Positions 53,546-64,000 of a stretch of DNA of 64,000 nt are shown here, piece by piece. The stretch spans positions 15,779-79,778 of the forward strand of contig JAPOXY010000082.1 in NCBI GenBank assembly GCA_026706845.1. The letters are read 5' to 3'. A program made the position numbers and the translations under genes. The notes under the pieces were generated by a model, which saw only the letters and a list, made by a program, of their open reading frames with translations, was not told the DNA's origin and ran no database searches. This DNA is from Gemmatimonadota bacterium (GTDB taxonomy: Bacteria > Latescibacterota > UBA2968). Numbering within the stretch: the first letter of the stretch is position 1; each line of letters opens with the position of its first letter.

Positions 53546-54574
53546 ATGAAACTATTGCAATTCGCACAACCCGAGCGAGGATCTCGCCTGGGGCTTGTCA
53601 AAGGCGACGATGTCTTTGACCTCACGGCCTGTGCCCCCCACCCGGCCTCGCTTCACGACCTCTACTACCGCCATGGGGGCAACAAAAACAGTATTGCATC
53701 CACAGTAGAGTCAATCAATATCCGCAATGCGCCGCGCCTCTCACTCCGCGCCCTCCTCGACAACACGGGCGACCCCGATCAACCCCACCTCATCAGCCCG
53801 GTAACCGCACCGGCAGATGCACCGCACAAACTGCGTATCTGGCTGGCGGGAGTCACCCACGAAGACAGCGCGAAATTGCGCGAAATCGAAGCCAAACAGG
53901 CCACCGGTGATGCCGTCAACGTCTATGATCAAAAATACCGGGAATGTGCACAGGGTGGCACGCCCGAACTCTTTTCCAAAAACGACACCGCTGCCCTCGT
54001 CGGACACGGCGGCTCTATATCCCATCCGCACAACACCCAGCGCCTCGTACCCGAAACAGAACTCGTAACCATCTATGGCCTCAATGCCACAGGTCAAATT
54101 GAGCGATTGGGCTACACCGGCGGCAACGACTACACCGACAACGGCATCGAAGCCGAAAACCCACTCAACTTACCCCAGGCCAAAAACTGGTCCCACGGCT
54201 GTGCCAGCCTCGGTCCCCTGATGGTCACCAACTCAGCCTATGACGACAGCAGCGTAGCCGTCTCTTGCGAAGTGATACGCAACAACACGCGCATTGCCTA
54301 CAAAGAAGGGCATACCGGACAAAACCATCTCAACATGCCCGACGGCCTCTTTCATCTCGAACGATCGCTCTTTTCCCGCTTACCCCTTGAACCCAATACC
54401 CTGCAAATCCTCTACTGGGGCACACCCATTGTCTTTTCCGACGACGACCTCGAAAGCGGCTTGTGTGAAGGCGACCGCGTGTGCATGACCTTTGAAGGCA
54501 TTGGACCGCTCGAAAATCCCATCGCCGCTTTTCCGCAAACAAATCAACTGCAATGGCTGGACAATCACAGATGA
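53546..54574 (+). CDS. fumarylacetoacetate hydrolase (FAH) family protein
   Basis: MKLLQF..GSRLGLV N-terminal domain; PELFSKNDTAALVGHGGSISHP..ETELVTIYG and GGNDYTDNG..AKNWSHGCASLGPLMVT match the FAH-fold catalytic region. Confidence 0.65.
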   Translation: MKLLQFAQPERGSRLGLVKGDDVFDLTACAPHPASLHDLYYRHGGNKNSIASTVESINIRNAPRLSLRALLDNTGDPDQPHLISPVTAPADAPHKLRIWLAGVTHEDSAKLREIEAKQATGDAVNVYDQKYRECAQGGTPELFSKNDTAALVGHGGSISHPHNTQRLVPETELVTIYGLNATGQIERLGYTGGNDYTDNGIEAENPLNLPQAKNWSHGCASLGPLMVTNSAYDDSSVAVSCEVIRNNTRIAYKEGHTGQNHLNMPDGLFHLERSLFSRLPLEPNTLQILYWGTPIVFSDDDLESGLCEGDRVCMTFEGIGPLENPIAAFPQTNQLQWLDNHR

Positions 54575-54586
54575 AAAGGAGGCACC

Positions 54587-54979
54587 ATGAACCGCACGCT
54601 ACTCATCGCGCTCATTCTCACAATCAGTTCCCTCATCTCTCTGATCGTCACCGCATCTTTCGCCCAAATTCCCGACACCTACACCAATTTAAAAGTCCTG
54701 CCCAAAGACATCAAAAAAGCGCAACTCATGCAATACATGAAAGATTTTAGCAAAGCCCTGGGCGTGCGCTGTCACGCTTGCCACAAAGGGGAAGAAGGCC
54801 AATCCCTATCCACTTACGACTTTGCCTCAGACGAAAACCCCCGCAAAGACATCGCGCGCCTCATGATCACCATGACGCAGAAAATCAATAGCGAAATCCT
54901 CAAAGACTTCAAAGAAGGACAATTCACCCAGATCACCTGCCAGACCTGTCATCGCGGACAACAAGTACCGGACGCCTGA
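54587..54979 (+). CDS. small secreted dihaem c-type cytochrome (reaction-centre cytochrome-c-like repeats)
   Basis: Signal peptide; two CxxCH (CHACH, CQTCH), each preceded by NLKVL../KDFKEG.. repeat units. RBS AAAGGAGG 8 nt upstream; 12-nt gap from the FAH gene. Confidence 0.7.
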   Translation: MNRTLLIALILTISSLISLIVTASFAQIPDTYTNLKVLPKDIKKAQLMQYMKDFSKALGVRCHACHKGEEGQSLSTYDFASDENPRKDIARLMITMTQKINSEILKDFKEGQFTQITCQTCHRGQQVPDA

Positions 54980-55136
54980 CATCTCCTCTCCCCTCGAAAG
55001 ATGTGAGACATCCTGTTTTTTCGCCATACTTTACCAACCAGTCAACTAATCATATTATTTTACTAATTAACAATATCTTATATAAATCCACTTTCTTCAA
55101 ATTCAACGTCCTCTCGCACAAAAATACGCTCTACAT

Positions 55137-55165
55137 TTGACAAAATTCATTATCCCTCGTAAATT
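55137..55165 (+). promoter_or_regulatory. candidate sigma70 promoter for the pyruvate dehydrogenase operon
   Basis: TTGACA-17 nt-TAAATT within a ~270-bp AT-rich intergenic region, ~80 nt upstream of aceE. Confidence 0.4.
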
Positions 55166-55247
55166 TCACACACAGAACTGATATTTGGATACGCGCGTAT
55201 ATTGTTTTTAATACCCGTCATTGCACCACAGAACAAAGGGGTTTACC

Positions 55248-57953
55248 ATGGCCGATTCTGTCGCACCAGGTACATTTCGCGATACCGATCCCATCGAAAC
55301 CGAAGAATGGATCGAATCACTGGCTTATGTTCTGCAAAACGGCGGTCCCGACCGCGTGCGCTATTTGCTCGACCGCCTGGAACAAGAAGCGCAAAAAAGT
55401 CTGGGCGTTGACATACCCTTCGCATCTCATACGCCTTATATCAACACCATCCCGCACGACAAACAACTGCCCTATCCGGGCGACCGCGAAATCGAGCGCC
55501 GCATCAAAAGTCTCGTGCGCTGGAATGCCATGGCCATGGTCACCCGTGCCAACAAAGAAGCCGATGGCATTGGCGGTCACATCTCCACCTTTGCATCGGC
55601 TGCCACGCTATACGAAGTGGGTCAAAATCACTTCTTCAAAGCGTCCAATGGCGATTTCTCTGGAGATCAGGTCTTCTTCCAGGGCCATGCCTCGCCCGGC
55701 ATGTATGCCCGCGCCTTCCTCGAAGGTCGGCTGAGCACCGAACACCTCGAAAACTTCCGCCGAGAACTCCGCAATCCCGGCGGCCTGTCTTCCTATCCCC
55801 ATCCCTATCTCATGCCAGACTTCTGGCAATTTCCCACCGTCTCAATGGGACTTGGTCCCCTCGTAGGCATCTTCCAGGCCCGCTTCAACCGCTACCTCGA
55901 AGACCGCGGCCTCAAATCGACCCGCGACTCCAAAGTCTGGGTCTTCGTCGGCGACGGCGAAACAGACGAACCCGAAACCCTCGGCGCCATCAGCCTGGCA
56001 ACCCGCGAACAACTCGACAACCTCATCTTTGTCATCAACTGCAACCTGCAACGCCTCGACGGTCCGGTGCGCGGCAATAGCAAAATCATCCAGGAACTCG
56101 AACAGGTCTTTCGCGGCGCTGGATGGAATGTCATCAAAATTATATGGGGAGACGATTGGGACGCACTACTCGAAAAAGATACCCAGGGCCTGCTCCAGCA
56201 GCGCATGGAAGAAGTCGTCGATGGTCAATACCAGAAATACACCGTCGAATCTGGCGAATACATCCGCCGCGACTTTTTCGGCACCCATCCCGACCTGCTC
56301 AAAATGGTCGAACACCTCTCGGACGAACAACTCCAAAAATTGCGTCGCGGGGGTCACGATCCCGAAAAAGTGTACGCCGCATTCAAAGCCGCTGTGGAAC
56401 ACAAAGGCGCACCGACTGTTATCCTGGCCAAAACCATCAAAGGCTATGGCCTGGGCGAAGCTGGCGAAGGCCGCAACATGACCCACCAGCAAAAAAAGCT
56501 CGAAGAAGACGAGATGCGTGAATTCAAGCGGCGCTTTGACATCCCCATCTCCGACAACGAAGTGGGCAAAGCACCCTTTTATCGTCCCCCCGACGACAGC
56601 CCCGAAATGCAATACTTGCAACAATGCCGCCGCGACCTCGGCGGATATTTGCCCGCCCGAAGCGTGCGTGCCAAACCCATTCAAGCACCCTCGCGCGAGG
56701 TATTTGACGAAGCCTTCAAAGGTACAGGTGACCGCCAGGCCTCTACGACCATGGCCTTTGCGCGTCTGTTTGCCAAACTCGCCCGCGACAAAGATATCGG
56801 CAAGCTCCTCGTCCCCATCATCCCCGACGAAGCCCGCACCTTTGGTATGGATTCCCTGTTTCGGCAACTCGGCATCTACTCGCACATGGGGCAGATATAC
56901 GAACCCGTTGACGCGGGCAACATCAGCTACTATCGAGAAGCCCAGGACGGTCAAATTCTCGAAGAAGGCATCAACGAAGCCGGTGCCATGTCCTCATTCA
57001 TCTGCGCTGGTACAGCTTATGCCACACACGGCGTCAACACCATCCCATTCTACATCTACTACTCCATGTTCGGCTTTCAGCGCGTGGGCGATCTCATGTG
57101 GCTGGCCGGCGATATCCGCTGCAAGGGCTTTCTCTTAGGCGGAACAGCCGGGCGCACCACGCTCAACGGCGAAGGTCTCCAGCACGAAGACGGGCACAGC
57201 CACATTCTCGCCTCATCCGTTCCCAACTGTATTGCCTACGACCCGGCCTATGCCTACGAAATTGCCATCATCATCCAGGACGGCATCCGGCGCATGTACA
57301 AGGAACAGGAAGATGTCTATTACTACATGACCCTGGGCAATGAAAACTACGAACACCCCCCCATGCCCAAAGGCGTTGAAGAAGGCATTGTCAAAGGCAT
57401 TTATCCGCTCAAGAAGCACAGAATGCAACAGGGCCAGCACAAAATTCAGCTCTTTGGCAGTGCATCCATCCTCCGCGAAACCCTCCGCGCGCAAGAAATT
57501 CTCGCCGCCGAATACAATATTTCCGCCGACGTGTGGAGCGTCACCTCATACAAAGAATTGCGGCGGGACGCGCTTGAGACCGAGCGGTGGAACATGCTGC
57601 ACCCAACACGACGTCAAAAAAAGCCGTATATCGTCAAAGTACTCGAAAAAACCGATGGCCCGATCGTCGCCGCATCCGATTACATGAAATCCCTGCCCGA
57701 AATGATCCGCCCCTGGGTACCCGAAGACATGACGGTCCTCGGCACAGATGGATTTGGGCGCAGCGACACGCGCCAGGCTCTGCGCCGACATTTTGAAGTT
57801 GACGCCGAATGCATCGCTGTGGCCGCGCTTCACGTCCTGGCAAAACAGGGCAAAATCAAACGCGAACAGGTCGCCACAGCCATCGACGAACTCGGCATCG
57901 ACCCCGAGAAAATCGATCCGGTATCGGCAGGCCCGGTCACGACGTATTATTAA
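55248..57953 (+). CDS. aceE: pyruvate dehydrogenase E1 component (homodimeric type)
   Basis: MADSVAPGTFRDTDPIETEEWIESLAYVL..; ThDP-binding motif GDGETDEPE; ~900 aa. Confidence 0.95.
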   Translation: MADSVAPGTFRDTDPIETEEWIESLAYVLQNGGPDRVRYLLDRLEQEAQKSLGVDIPFASHTPYINTIPHDKQLPYPGDREIERRIKSLVRWNAMAMVTRANKEADGIGGHISTFASAATLYEVGQNHFFKASNGDFSGDQVFFQGHASPGMYARAFLEGRLSTEHLENFRRELRNPGGLSSYPHPYLMPDFWQFPTVSMGLGPLVGIFQARFNRYLEDRGLKSTRDSKVWVFVGDGETDEPETLGAISLATREQLDNLIFVINCNLQRLDGPVRGNSKIIQELEQVFRGAGWNVIKIIWGDDWDALLEKDTQGLLQQRMEEVVDGQYQKYTVESGEYIRRDFFGTHPDLLKMVEHLSDEQLQKLRRGGHDPEKVYAAFKAAVEHKGAPTVILAKTIKGYGLGEAGEGRNMTHQQKKLEEDEMREFKRRFDIPISDNEVGKAPFYRPPDDSPEMQYLQQCRRDLGGYLPARSVRAKPIQAPSREVFDEAFKGTGDRQASTTMAFARLFAKLARDKDIGKLLVPIIPDEARTFGMDSLFRQLGIYSHMGQIYEPVDAGNISYYREAQDGQILEEGINEAGAMSSFICAGTAYATHGVNTIPFYIYYSMFGFQRVGDLMWLAGDIRCKGFLLGGTAGRTTLNGEGLQHEDGHSHILASSVPNCIAYDPAYAYEIAIIIQDGIRRMYKEQEDVYYYMTLGNENYEHPPMPKGVEEGIVKGIYPLKKHRMQQGQHKIQLFGSASILRETLRAQEILAAEYNISADVWSVTSYKELRRDALETERWNMLHPTRRQKKPYIVKVLEKTDGPIVAASDYMKSLPEMIRPWVPEDMTVLGTDGFGRSDTRQALRRHFEVDAECIAVAALHVLAKQGKIKREQVATAIDELGIDPEKIDPVSAGPVTTYY

Positions 57954-57978
57954 CTCAATCCGCGATTAAGGAGGTCTT

Positions 57979-59250
57979 GTGGCAACCGAATTTAAACTTC
58001 CCGATCTCGGCGAAGGTGTAGAAGCTGGCGATGTTGTCAGCGTACTCGTTGCCGAAGGCGACACCATTGAAGTCGATCAAAGCGTGGTCGAACTCGAAAC
58101 CGACAAAGCCCTCGTTGAAGTACCCAGCAGTGTTGCTGGCACCATCACAAAAATACACATCAGTGCCGGAGACCGCGTGCCCGTAGGCAGCTTATTGATC
58201 TCCGTTGAAGAAGGCGAACAACAAGTCACAGCAACCCCTGAACCGGAAGCCGAAGCACCAACTCCTGCACCAGAAGAAAAGCCCGAACCCACGCCTGTCG
58301 CCGAAGCACCCGAACCAACACCTTCCGCACCCAGGCCACCTGCACCCACATCCAACGGCGACCCCATTCCCGCAGCCCCATCCACGCGGCGGCTCGCGCG
58401 AGAACTCGGCGTAGATCTCACCCAGGTCGCCGGTTCAGGCCCCGGTGGACGCATCTCACAAGACGATATCAAAGCCGCTGTGCGCGACCGACAAACAGGT
58501 GGTCTCGCACCAACAGCACCCGTCGAATTACCCGACTTCTCGAGATGGGGCAACATCGAGCGCCAACCCCTCAGCAAAGTTCGGCAGATTATTGCAAAAA
58601 ATATGAGCCAAGCCTGGCAACAGGTGGCTCATGTCACGCAATTTGATCGCGCAGACGTCACAGACCTCGAAGCATTTCGGCAGCGCAACAAAGAAAAAGC
58701 CGAAGCATTGGGAGCCAAACTGACGCCGACGGTCCTCGCGCTAAAAGCAATCATCACCGCGCTAAAGACCTTTCCGCAATTCAATGCCAGCCTCGATGCA
58801 GGTGCCAATGAAATTATACTCAAACACTACTATAATCTCGGCATCGCCGTTGACACCGAGCGCGGCTTGCTCGTTCCCGTCATCAAAGACGTCGATCGCA
58901 AAGACATCCTGGAACTGGCCCTCGAACTCGGCGACATCAGCCAGCGCGCGCGCACTGGCAAAATTGGCCTCGACGAATTGCAAGGCGGCACATTCACCGT
59001 CACCAACCTGGGCAGCCTGGGCGTAGGCGAATTTACCCCCATCGTCAATCACCCCGAAGTTGCAATATTGGGATTTGGACGCGCAAGAGAAGAAGCCACC
59101 GTACGCGAAGGCCGCATCGAACCCCGCCTCATCATGCCTCTGGCACTGTCTTATGATCACCGCGTTATTGACGGCGCCGACGGTGCGCGATTCATGCGAA
59201 AAATCGTCGATGCGCTCGAAAACCCGGAACTCATGCTCATGGGCGGATAA
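57979..59250 (+). CDS. aceF: dihydrolipoamide acetyltransferase E2 (one lipoyl domain, Pro/Ala linker, E3-binding and catalytic domains)
   Basis: GTG start behind AAGGAGG; lipoyl-lysine motif VELETDKALVEV; catalytic DHRVIDGA. Confidence 0.9.
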   Translation: MATEFKLPDLGEGVEAGDVVSVLVAEGDTIEVDQSVVELETDKALVEVPSSVAGTITKIHISAGDRVPVGSLLISVEEGEQQVTATPEPEAEAPTPAPEEKPEPTPVAEAPEPTPSAPRPPAPTSNGDPIPAAPSTRRLARELGVDLTQVAGSGPGGRISQDDIKAAVRDRQTGGLAPTAPVELPDFSRWGNIERQPLSKVRQIIAKNMSQAWQQVAHVTQFDRADVTDLEAFRQRNKEKAEALGAKLTPTVLALKAIITALKTFPQFNASLDAGANEIILKHYYNLGIAVDTERGLLVPVIKDVDRKDILELALELGDISQRARTGKIGLDELQGGTFTVTNLGSLGVGEFTPIVNHPEVAILGFGRAREEATVREGRIEPRLIMPLALSYDHRVIDGADGARFMRKIVDALENPELMLMGG

Positions 59251-59264
59251 ACTGGAGAAACCAC

Positions 59265-60677
59265 ATGGCCGAAACGCACAAAACCGATCTCCTCGTAATC
59301 GGCGGCGGTCCCGGCGGATATACAGCGGCCTTTCGCGCTGCAGATCTGGGTCTGCAAGTTACCCTTGTCAATGCCGACGACAACCTCGGTGGCACCTGTT
59401 TATTGCGCGGATGCATCCCATCCAAAGCCCTGCTCCACGTTGCCGAACTCATCACCGAAGCCAGTGAAGCCAGAACGTATGGCCTCACCTTTGGCGATCC
59501 CAAAATCGATCTGGACGCCCTGCGAGGTTGGAAAGACAACATCATCACCCGCCTCTCGACCGGTCTGTCTGGTCTGGTGCGCCAGCGCAAAGTCACCCAC
59601 CTGACGGGCTACGCGCAATTTGAGAATTCGCAAAGCGCGTCTATATCAGGCGATGGGGATATCGACCGCGTAGAATTTGAACACGCCATCATCGCCACGG
59701 GATCACGCCCCATTGTCCTCCCAATTTTTGCGCTCGACACACCGCGCATTTTGGACTCGACAACAGCACTCGACCTCGACGAAATACCCAAAAGCCTCCT
59801 CGTCGTAGGCGGGGGCATCATCGGCCTCGAACTCGGCAGTGTTTACGCGGCATTGGGAAGCGCCGTCACAGTCGTCGAAATGACCGACACCCTCTTGCCC
59901 GGCACCGACCCCGACCTGGTCAAACCCCTCGAAACCCGATTGCGTCAGGCATTCAGCGCCATACACACCAGCACGCGCGTCACGCATATCGAAGAAGTCA
60001 ACACCGGCATTGAAGTACACTGGGAAGGCGAAGAATCGAAAACATCCGAAATATTCGACCGCGTCCTCCTCTGCATTGGCCGACGCCCAAATACAGATAA
60101 TATCGGCCTTGAAAACACGGACATTGTACCCAACGATCAGGGATTCATCGAAGTCGATTCACAAATGCGTACAAATGACCCCCGCCTCTTTGCAATCGGC
60201 GATGCTATTCCAGGTCCCGGCCTCGCTCACAAAGCCGCGCACGAAGGCAAAATCGCCGCCGAAGTTCTCGCCGGTGAACCCGCGTCTTTTGACGCACTAA
60301 TACCCTCAGTTGTGTACACCGATCCCGAAATTGCATGGGTGGGCCTGACCGAAACCGACGCTCTCAAACAGGACCGCAAAGTCGATATCGTGCGCTTCCC
60401 CTGGGCTGCTCTGGGCAAAGCGCATGCCATTGGGCGCATCGAAGGCCAGACCAAGCTCATTGTCGATCCCTATACCCAACGCGTACTCGGCATGGGCATT
60501 GTGGGACCACATGCGGGCGACCTCATCGCCGAAGGCGTGCTCGCCATTGAAATGGCTGCCGTCGCCGAAGACATTGCCCACACCATTCATCCCCACCCCT
60601 CCCTCGCCGAATCCATCGGCATCGCCTCAGAAATCCACCTCGGCTCCGCGACCGACGTGTACATGCCCAAAAAGTAG
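59265..60677 (+). CDS. lpdA: dihydrolipoyl dehydrogenase E3
   Basis: GGGPGGY FAD motif; redox disulfide GTCLLRGCIPSKALL; C-terminal HPHPSLAE. Confidence 0.95.
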   Translation: MAETHKTDLLVIGGGPGGYTAAFRAADLGLQVTLVNADDNLGGTCLLRGCIPSKALLHVAELITEASEARTYGLTFGDPKIDLDALRGWKDNIITRLSTGLSGLVRQRKVTHLTGYAQFENSQSASISGDGDIDRVEFEHAIIATGSRPIVLPIFALDTPRILDSTTALDLDEIPKSLLVVGGGIIGLELGSVYAALGSAVTVVEMTDTLLPGTDPDLVKPLETRLRQAFSAIHTSTRVTHIEEVNTGIEVHWEGEESKTSEIFDRVLLCIGRRPNTDNIGLENTDIVPNDQGFIEVDSQMRTNDPRLFAIGDAIPGPGLAHKAAHEGKIAAEVLAGEPASFDALIPSVVYTDPEIAWVGLTETDALKQDRKVDIVRFPWAALGKAHAIGRIEGQTKLIVDPYTQRVLGMGIVGPHAGDLIAEGVLAIEMAAVAEDIAHTIHPHPSLAESIGIASEIHLGSATDVYMPKK

Positions 60678-60681
60678 CTGG

Positions 60682-62091
60682 TTACACACTCAAATCCCCA
60701 TACTGCACCTGCAACCTTCGCAACTCAGCCTTCAACTCCGCCACCAGATCTGCGTACGCCTCATCTCCGTACACATTTCGCAATTCATTGGGATCCTCTT
60801 GCAAATCGAACAACTCCCAGTAATCACCCTCGGCATAATATTCAATCAGCTTGTAGCGATCCGTACGCACGCCGCGGTGCGGGCCAATGCGGTGCGGTGT
60901 AAAATACTGGAACGACGGTTCTGACATCGCCTCTGCCCCCTTGCCGTGCAGCACCCACGAATCTTCAAAATAGGCGTAATAAACAGACCTGCGCCAGTCG
61001 TCCGGTTCTGTCCCCTGGAGCAACGGACGCAAACTCTCACCCTGCACGCCTTCGGGAATATCGACACCCGCAAAATCCAGAATCGTCGGCGCAAAATCCA
61101 CATTCATCACCAGCGCATCGGTCACATTCCCACTTATACCCCCATTTGGATAGCGCACCACCAGCGGAATGCGAATCGACGGCTCGTACATAAACCGCTT
61201 GTCGTACCATCCGTAATCACCCAGAAAATACCCGTGATCCGACGTGTAAATCACCAGCGTATCGTCAGCCCAACCCATCTCATCCAGATAATCCAGCACC
61301 CGCCCCAGATTTTCATCCACACCGTAAATCGTGCGATACCGATCCTTCATAAAACGCTGATAAATCCAGTCCTTCTTTTCCCCTTCACTCAAGCCCTCGG
61401 GTATATCGTCGTAATCGGGCGTCAGACTAATATCAAACTTCATATCTTCAGCCAGAGCCGCAATCTTCCGCGTAGCAAAATCATCGCCATACGTCTCCGG
61501 CTGGGGGATCTCAACATCCTCAAAAAGATGCGCGTGCCGGGGTGCTGGCGTAAACGGCCGATGTGGCGCCTTAAACTGATACACCAGACAGAAAGGCTGT
61601 TCCCCATCCAACCCCCTCAAAAATTCAAGCGCCATATCCGTCGTTATATCCGTGGCATACCCCTCCTTTACGACTTCCTTTCCATTATCGATATACGTCG
61701 GATCAAAATACACGCCCTGCCCGGGATGAATACACCACGTATCAAAACCGCGCGGATCCTGCCGGATATGATACTTGCCAAACAACGCGGTCTTATATCC
61801 CGCATCGCGAAGCAACTCGGGAAACGTCGGCACATTTGGATCCAGAAACTCAATCGCATCGGCCCTCTCGGAATTTCCCCGAATACCGTGGACATGTGAA
61901 AAATATCCCGTCAGCACCGTACCCCGCGCAGGCGCGCACAGTGCGTTAGTCGAAAAACAATTGTTAAACCGCGTACCCTCATTCCCAATGCGGTCCAGAT
62001 TGGGCGTATGCAAAATCGGATTCCCATAACTGCTCATCTCGCGCGGCGTATGGTCATCGGTCATCACAAATAAAATATTCGGTCGCTTCAT
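60682..62091 (-). CDS. Cys-type sulfatase (formylglycine-dependent), apparently without signal peptide
   Basis: MKRPNILFVMTDDH.., CAPARGTVLTG (C-x-P-x-R sulfatase signature I), GKYH. The N-terminus begins directly with the catalytic-domain motif. Confidence 0.85.
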   Translation of the reverse strand: MKRPNILFVMTDDHTPREMSSYGNPILHTPNLDRIGNEGTRFNNCFSTNALCAPARGTVLTGYFSHVHGIRGNSERADAIEFLDPNVPTFPELLRDAGYKTALFGKYHIRQDPRGFDTWCIHPGQGVYFDPTYIDNGKEVVKEGYATDITTDMALEFLRGLDGEQPFCLVYQFKAPHRPFTPAPRHAHLFEDVEIPQPETYGDDFATRKIAALAEDMKFDISLTPDYDDIPEGLSEGEKKDWIYQRFMKDRYRTIYGVDENLGRVLDYLDEMGWADDTLVIYTSDHGYFLGDYGWYDKRFMYEPSIRIPLVVRYPNGGISGNVTDALVMNVDFAPTILDFAGVDIPEGVQGESLRPLLQGTEPDDWRRSVYYAYFEDSWVLHGKGAEAMSEPSFQYFTPHRIGPHRGVRTDRYKLIEYYAEGDYWELFDLQEDPNELRNVYGDEAYADLVAELKAELRRLQVQYGDLSV

Positions 62092-62101
62092 CTTCGCTCC
62101 T

Positions 62102-62635
62102 TCACAAGTTATCAACAAAAGACTTCAACTCTCGATAATACCGCAACTTCTCAACCCTCGGCATGGGCAGCGCACCGCTCGTTGACGGTGCGAGAAACAG
62201 CTTCGCGCCTTCCAGCATCTCATCTTGCAAACCGTAATCTCGCTTCCCACCCATCACTTTTGCATATCCGCTCTTCCCATTAAAACAAATCACCGCGGGC
62301 CGATACCTCTGCATTTTTTCTCGCAACAATTCAAAACCCGACACATAATCGCCATCCGTCAGATCTCCAATCCCCCGCGTCGCGCGCCCCTTCACAATAT
62401 CTGTCAGCCCGATATTATAATCCAAAATAGTCGCATCTTCCCGCGGCTCCAACAATCGATCTGTCAGCCCGGCCTCGTATAAAAACGGCCAAAACTGGTT
62501 GCCTCTCCCCGCGTAATAATGACCAATTTCCGCGGACTTTAAGCTCGGATTAAACCCCACAAACACCAGATGCAGTCCCACGCGCAAATAATCCCGCAAC
62601 ACATAGTCAGCCATATTCCACACCCCTGTTGACAC
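62102..62635 (-). CDS. mug: Mug/TDG-family mismatch-specific uracil-DNA glycosylase
   Basis: [36 protein letters not shown] parallels Mug ILFVGINPGLSSAG..NRFW; ~170 aa. Confidence 0.8.
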   Translation of the reverse strand: MSTGVWNMADYVLRDYLRVGLHLVFVGFNPSLKSAEIGHYYAGRGNQFWPFLYEAGLTDRLLEPREDATILDYNIGLTDIVKGRATRGIGDLTDGDYVSGFELLREKMQRYRPAVICFNGKSGYAKVMGGKRDYGLQDEMLEGAKLFLAPSTSGALPMPRVEKLRYYRELKSFVDNL

Positions 62636-62707
62636 ATCTCCTACAATTCGGTTAAATTACAACCCCGGAAAAATAAGACAAAGTTCATCTACGAAAGGAA
62701 ATCTTCA

Positions 62708-64000
62708 ATGGCAAAACTGAATAAGTACAGCTCACAGATCACCCAAAAAAAATCCCAGGGCGGATCTCAGGCCATGCTCTATGCCACCGGACTGACGCGC
62801 GCCGACATGGACAAAGCGCAGGTCGGCATCGCCTCGGTCTGGTATGAAGGCAACCCGTGTAACATGCACCTCAACGATCTCGCCGCCGAAACCAAAAAAG
62901 GCGTCACCGAAGCCGGATGCGTTGGCATGCGTTTCAACACCATCGGCGTATCCGACGGCATATCCATGGGCACAGACGGCATGTCCTTCTCCCTTCAATC
63001 CCGTGACCTCATAGCCGACTCCATCGAAACCCTCATGGGCGCGCAATGGTACGATGGCCTGATCGCATTGCCCGGCTGCGACAAAAACATGCCCGGCGTG
63101 GTCATGGCAATGGGACGCCTCAACCGCCCTGCCCTGATGATCTACGGCGGCACCATCAAACCCGGCTGCGCCACCATACAAGGAGAAGAACGCAAACTCG
63201 ACATCATCTCTGCCTTTCAAAGCTACGGCGAATTTCTCACAGACTCGCTCAGCGATGCCGAACGCCAGGAAATCGTCGAACACGCCTGCCCCGGTGCCGG
63301 TGCTTGCGGTGGCATGTACACCGCCAATACCATGGCCAGCGCCATCGAATGCATGGGCCTCTCCTTGCCCTATTCCTCATGTACACCCGCCGAAGACCCC
63401 GACAAACACGCCGAATGCATTCGCGCCGGTCACGCTGTTCGCGCCCTGCTCGAAGCCGACCTCAAACCGCGCGACATCGTCACCAAACAATCATTCCTCA
63501 ACGCCATCCGCCTCGCCGTTGTCACGGGCGGCTCTACCAATATCGTGCTCCACCTGCTCGCCATTGCCAGAGCTTATGACATAGACCTCGACATCGACGA
63601 ATTTCAACACATATCCAACAAAACACCCCTCCTGTGTGACCTCAAACCCTCTGGACGTTACGTCATGGAAGAGCTTCACGACATCGGCGGAACACCCGCA
63701 ATGATGAAATTGCTCCTCGACGCCGACCTCATCGACGGCGACCAGATGACAGTAACGGGCAAAACAATTGCCGAAAATCTCGCCGATATAAAAAACCTTC
63801 CCCCTTATGGCACGGGTGAAGGACAGCAAGACATCGTAAGCCCCTTTAATGACCCCATCAAGCCAACGGGGCATCTGCAAATTTTGCGTGGGAATTTGGC
63901 ACCGGAAGGTTCGGTCGGAAAAATCACGGGCAAAGAAGGCGAGGTATTCAAAGGCGCAGCCAATGTATTCGACTGCGAAGAAGACATGCTCGCCGCCCTC
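62708..64000 (+). CDS. ilvD: dihydroxy-acid dehydratase (5' part; continues beyond the window)
   Basis: [56 protein letters not shown] (Fe-S Cys motifs). Open frame runs to the window end; not in the ORF track because there is no stop. Confidence 0.9.
   Translation, partial: MAKLNKYSSQITQKKSQGGSQAMLYATGLTRADMDKAQVGIASVWYEGNPCNMHLNDLAAETKKGVTEAGCVGMRFNTIGVSDGISMGTDGMSFSLQSRDLIADSIETLMGAQWYDGLIALPGCDKNMPGVVMAMGRLNRPALMIYGGTIKPGCATIQGEERKLDIISAFQSYGEFLTDSLSDAERQEIVEHACPGAGACGGMYTANTMASAIECMGLSLPYSSCTPAEDPDKHAECIRAGHAVRALLEADLKPRDIVTKQSFLNAIRLAVVTGGSTNIVLHLLAIARAYDIDLDIDEFQHISNKTPLLCDLKPSGRYVMEELHDIGGTPAMMKLLLDADLIDGDQMTVTGKTIAENLADIKNLPPYGTGEGQQDIVSPFNDPIKPTGHLQILRGNLAPEGSVGKITGKEGEVFKGAANVFDCEEDMLAAL

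Overview
This 64 kb window is a moderately GC-rich bacterial chromosomal segment, dense with genes and mostly housekeeping. I saw no rRNA, tRNA or CRISPR array. The first 18.5 kb is one long minus-strand array of tightly packed, often 4-nt-overlapping genes. Read 5' to 3' on that strand it runs holB, metG, a GNAT acetyltransferase, a small ORF, tatD, rsmA, ilvE, proC, hisH, hisF, proB, an ftsB-like gene, recO, a cNMP-binding protein, an AI-2E transporter, valS, a Gfo/Idh/MocA oxidoreductase, a CinA C-terminal domain gene and two STAS genes. After it comes a divergent GroES-like gene and a block of FGE-like, HU, aldo/keto reductase, SDR and Zn-ADH genes. On the plus strand a DinG exonuclease-helicase is translationally coupled to a truncated RelA/SpoT homologue, followed by a small lipoprotein gene. 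An AT-rich region with duplicated operator-like repeats precedes a DUF1800/DUF1501 operon, and a separate RNB-family gene follows, with its catalytic Asp motif substituted. Further on are a ubiX/ubiA/NHL-propeller operon and a surface-protein cluster: a metzincin protease with a beta-propeller and dockerin-like tail, a pilin-like membrane protein and an Ig-like lipoprotein. This cluster sits directly downstream of a Xer-family recombinase. Next is a lower-GC islet carrying three antitoxin-type genes, one still coupled to a truncated DUF5615 toxin remnant. The window ends with topA, a BatA/VWA protein, ptsN, a TPR-GWxTPRS protein, RDD, hflX, SDR, FAH, a dihaem cytochrome c, the aceE-aceF-lpd operon, a Cys-type sulfatase, a Mug glycosylase and the 5' part of ilvD. 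All calls are by eye from the translations and motifs; no searches were run.
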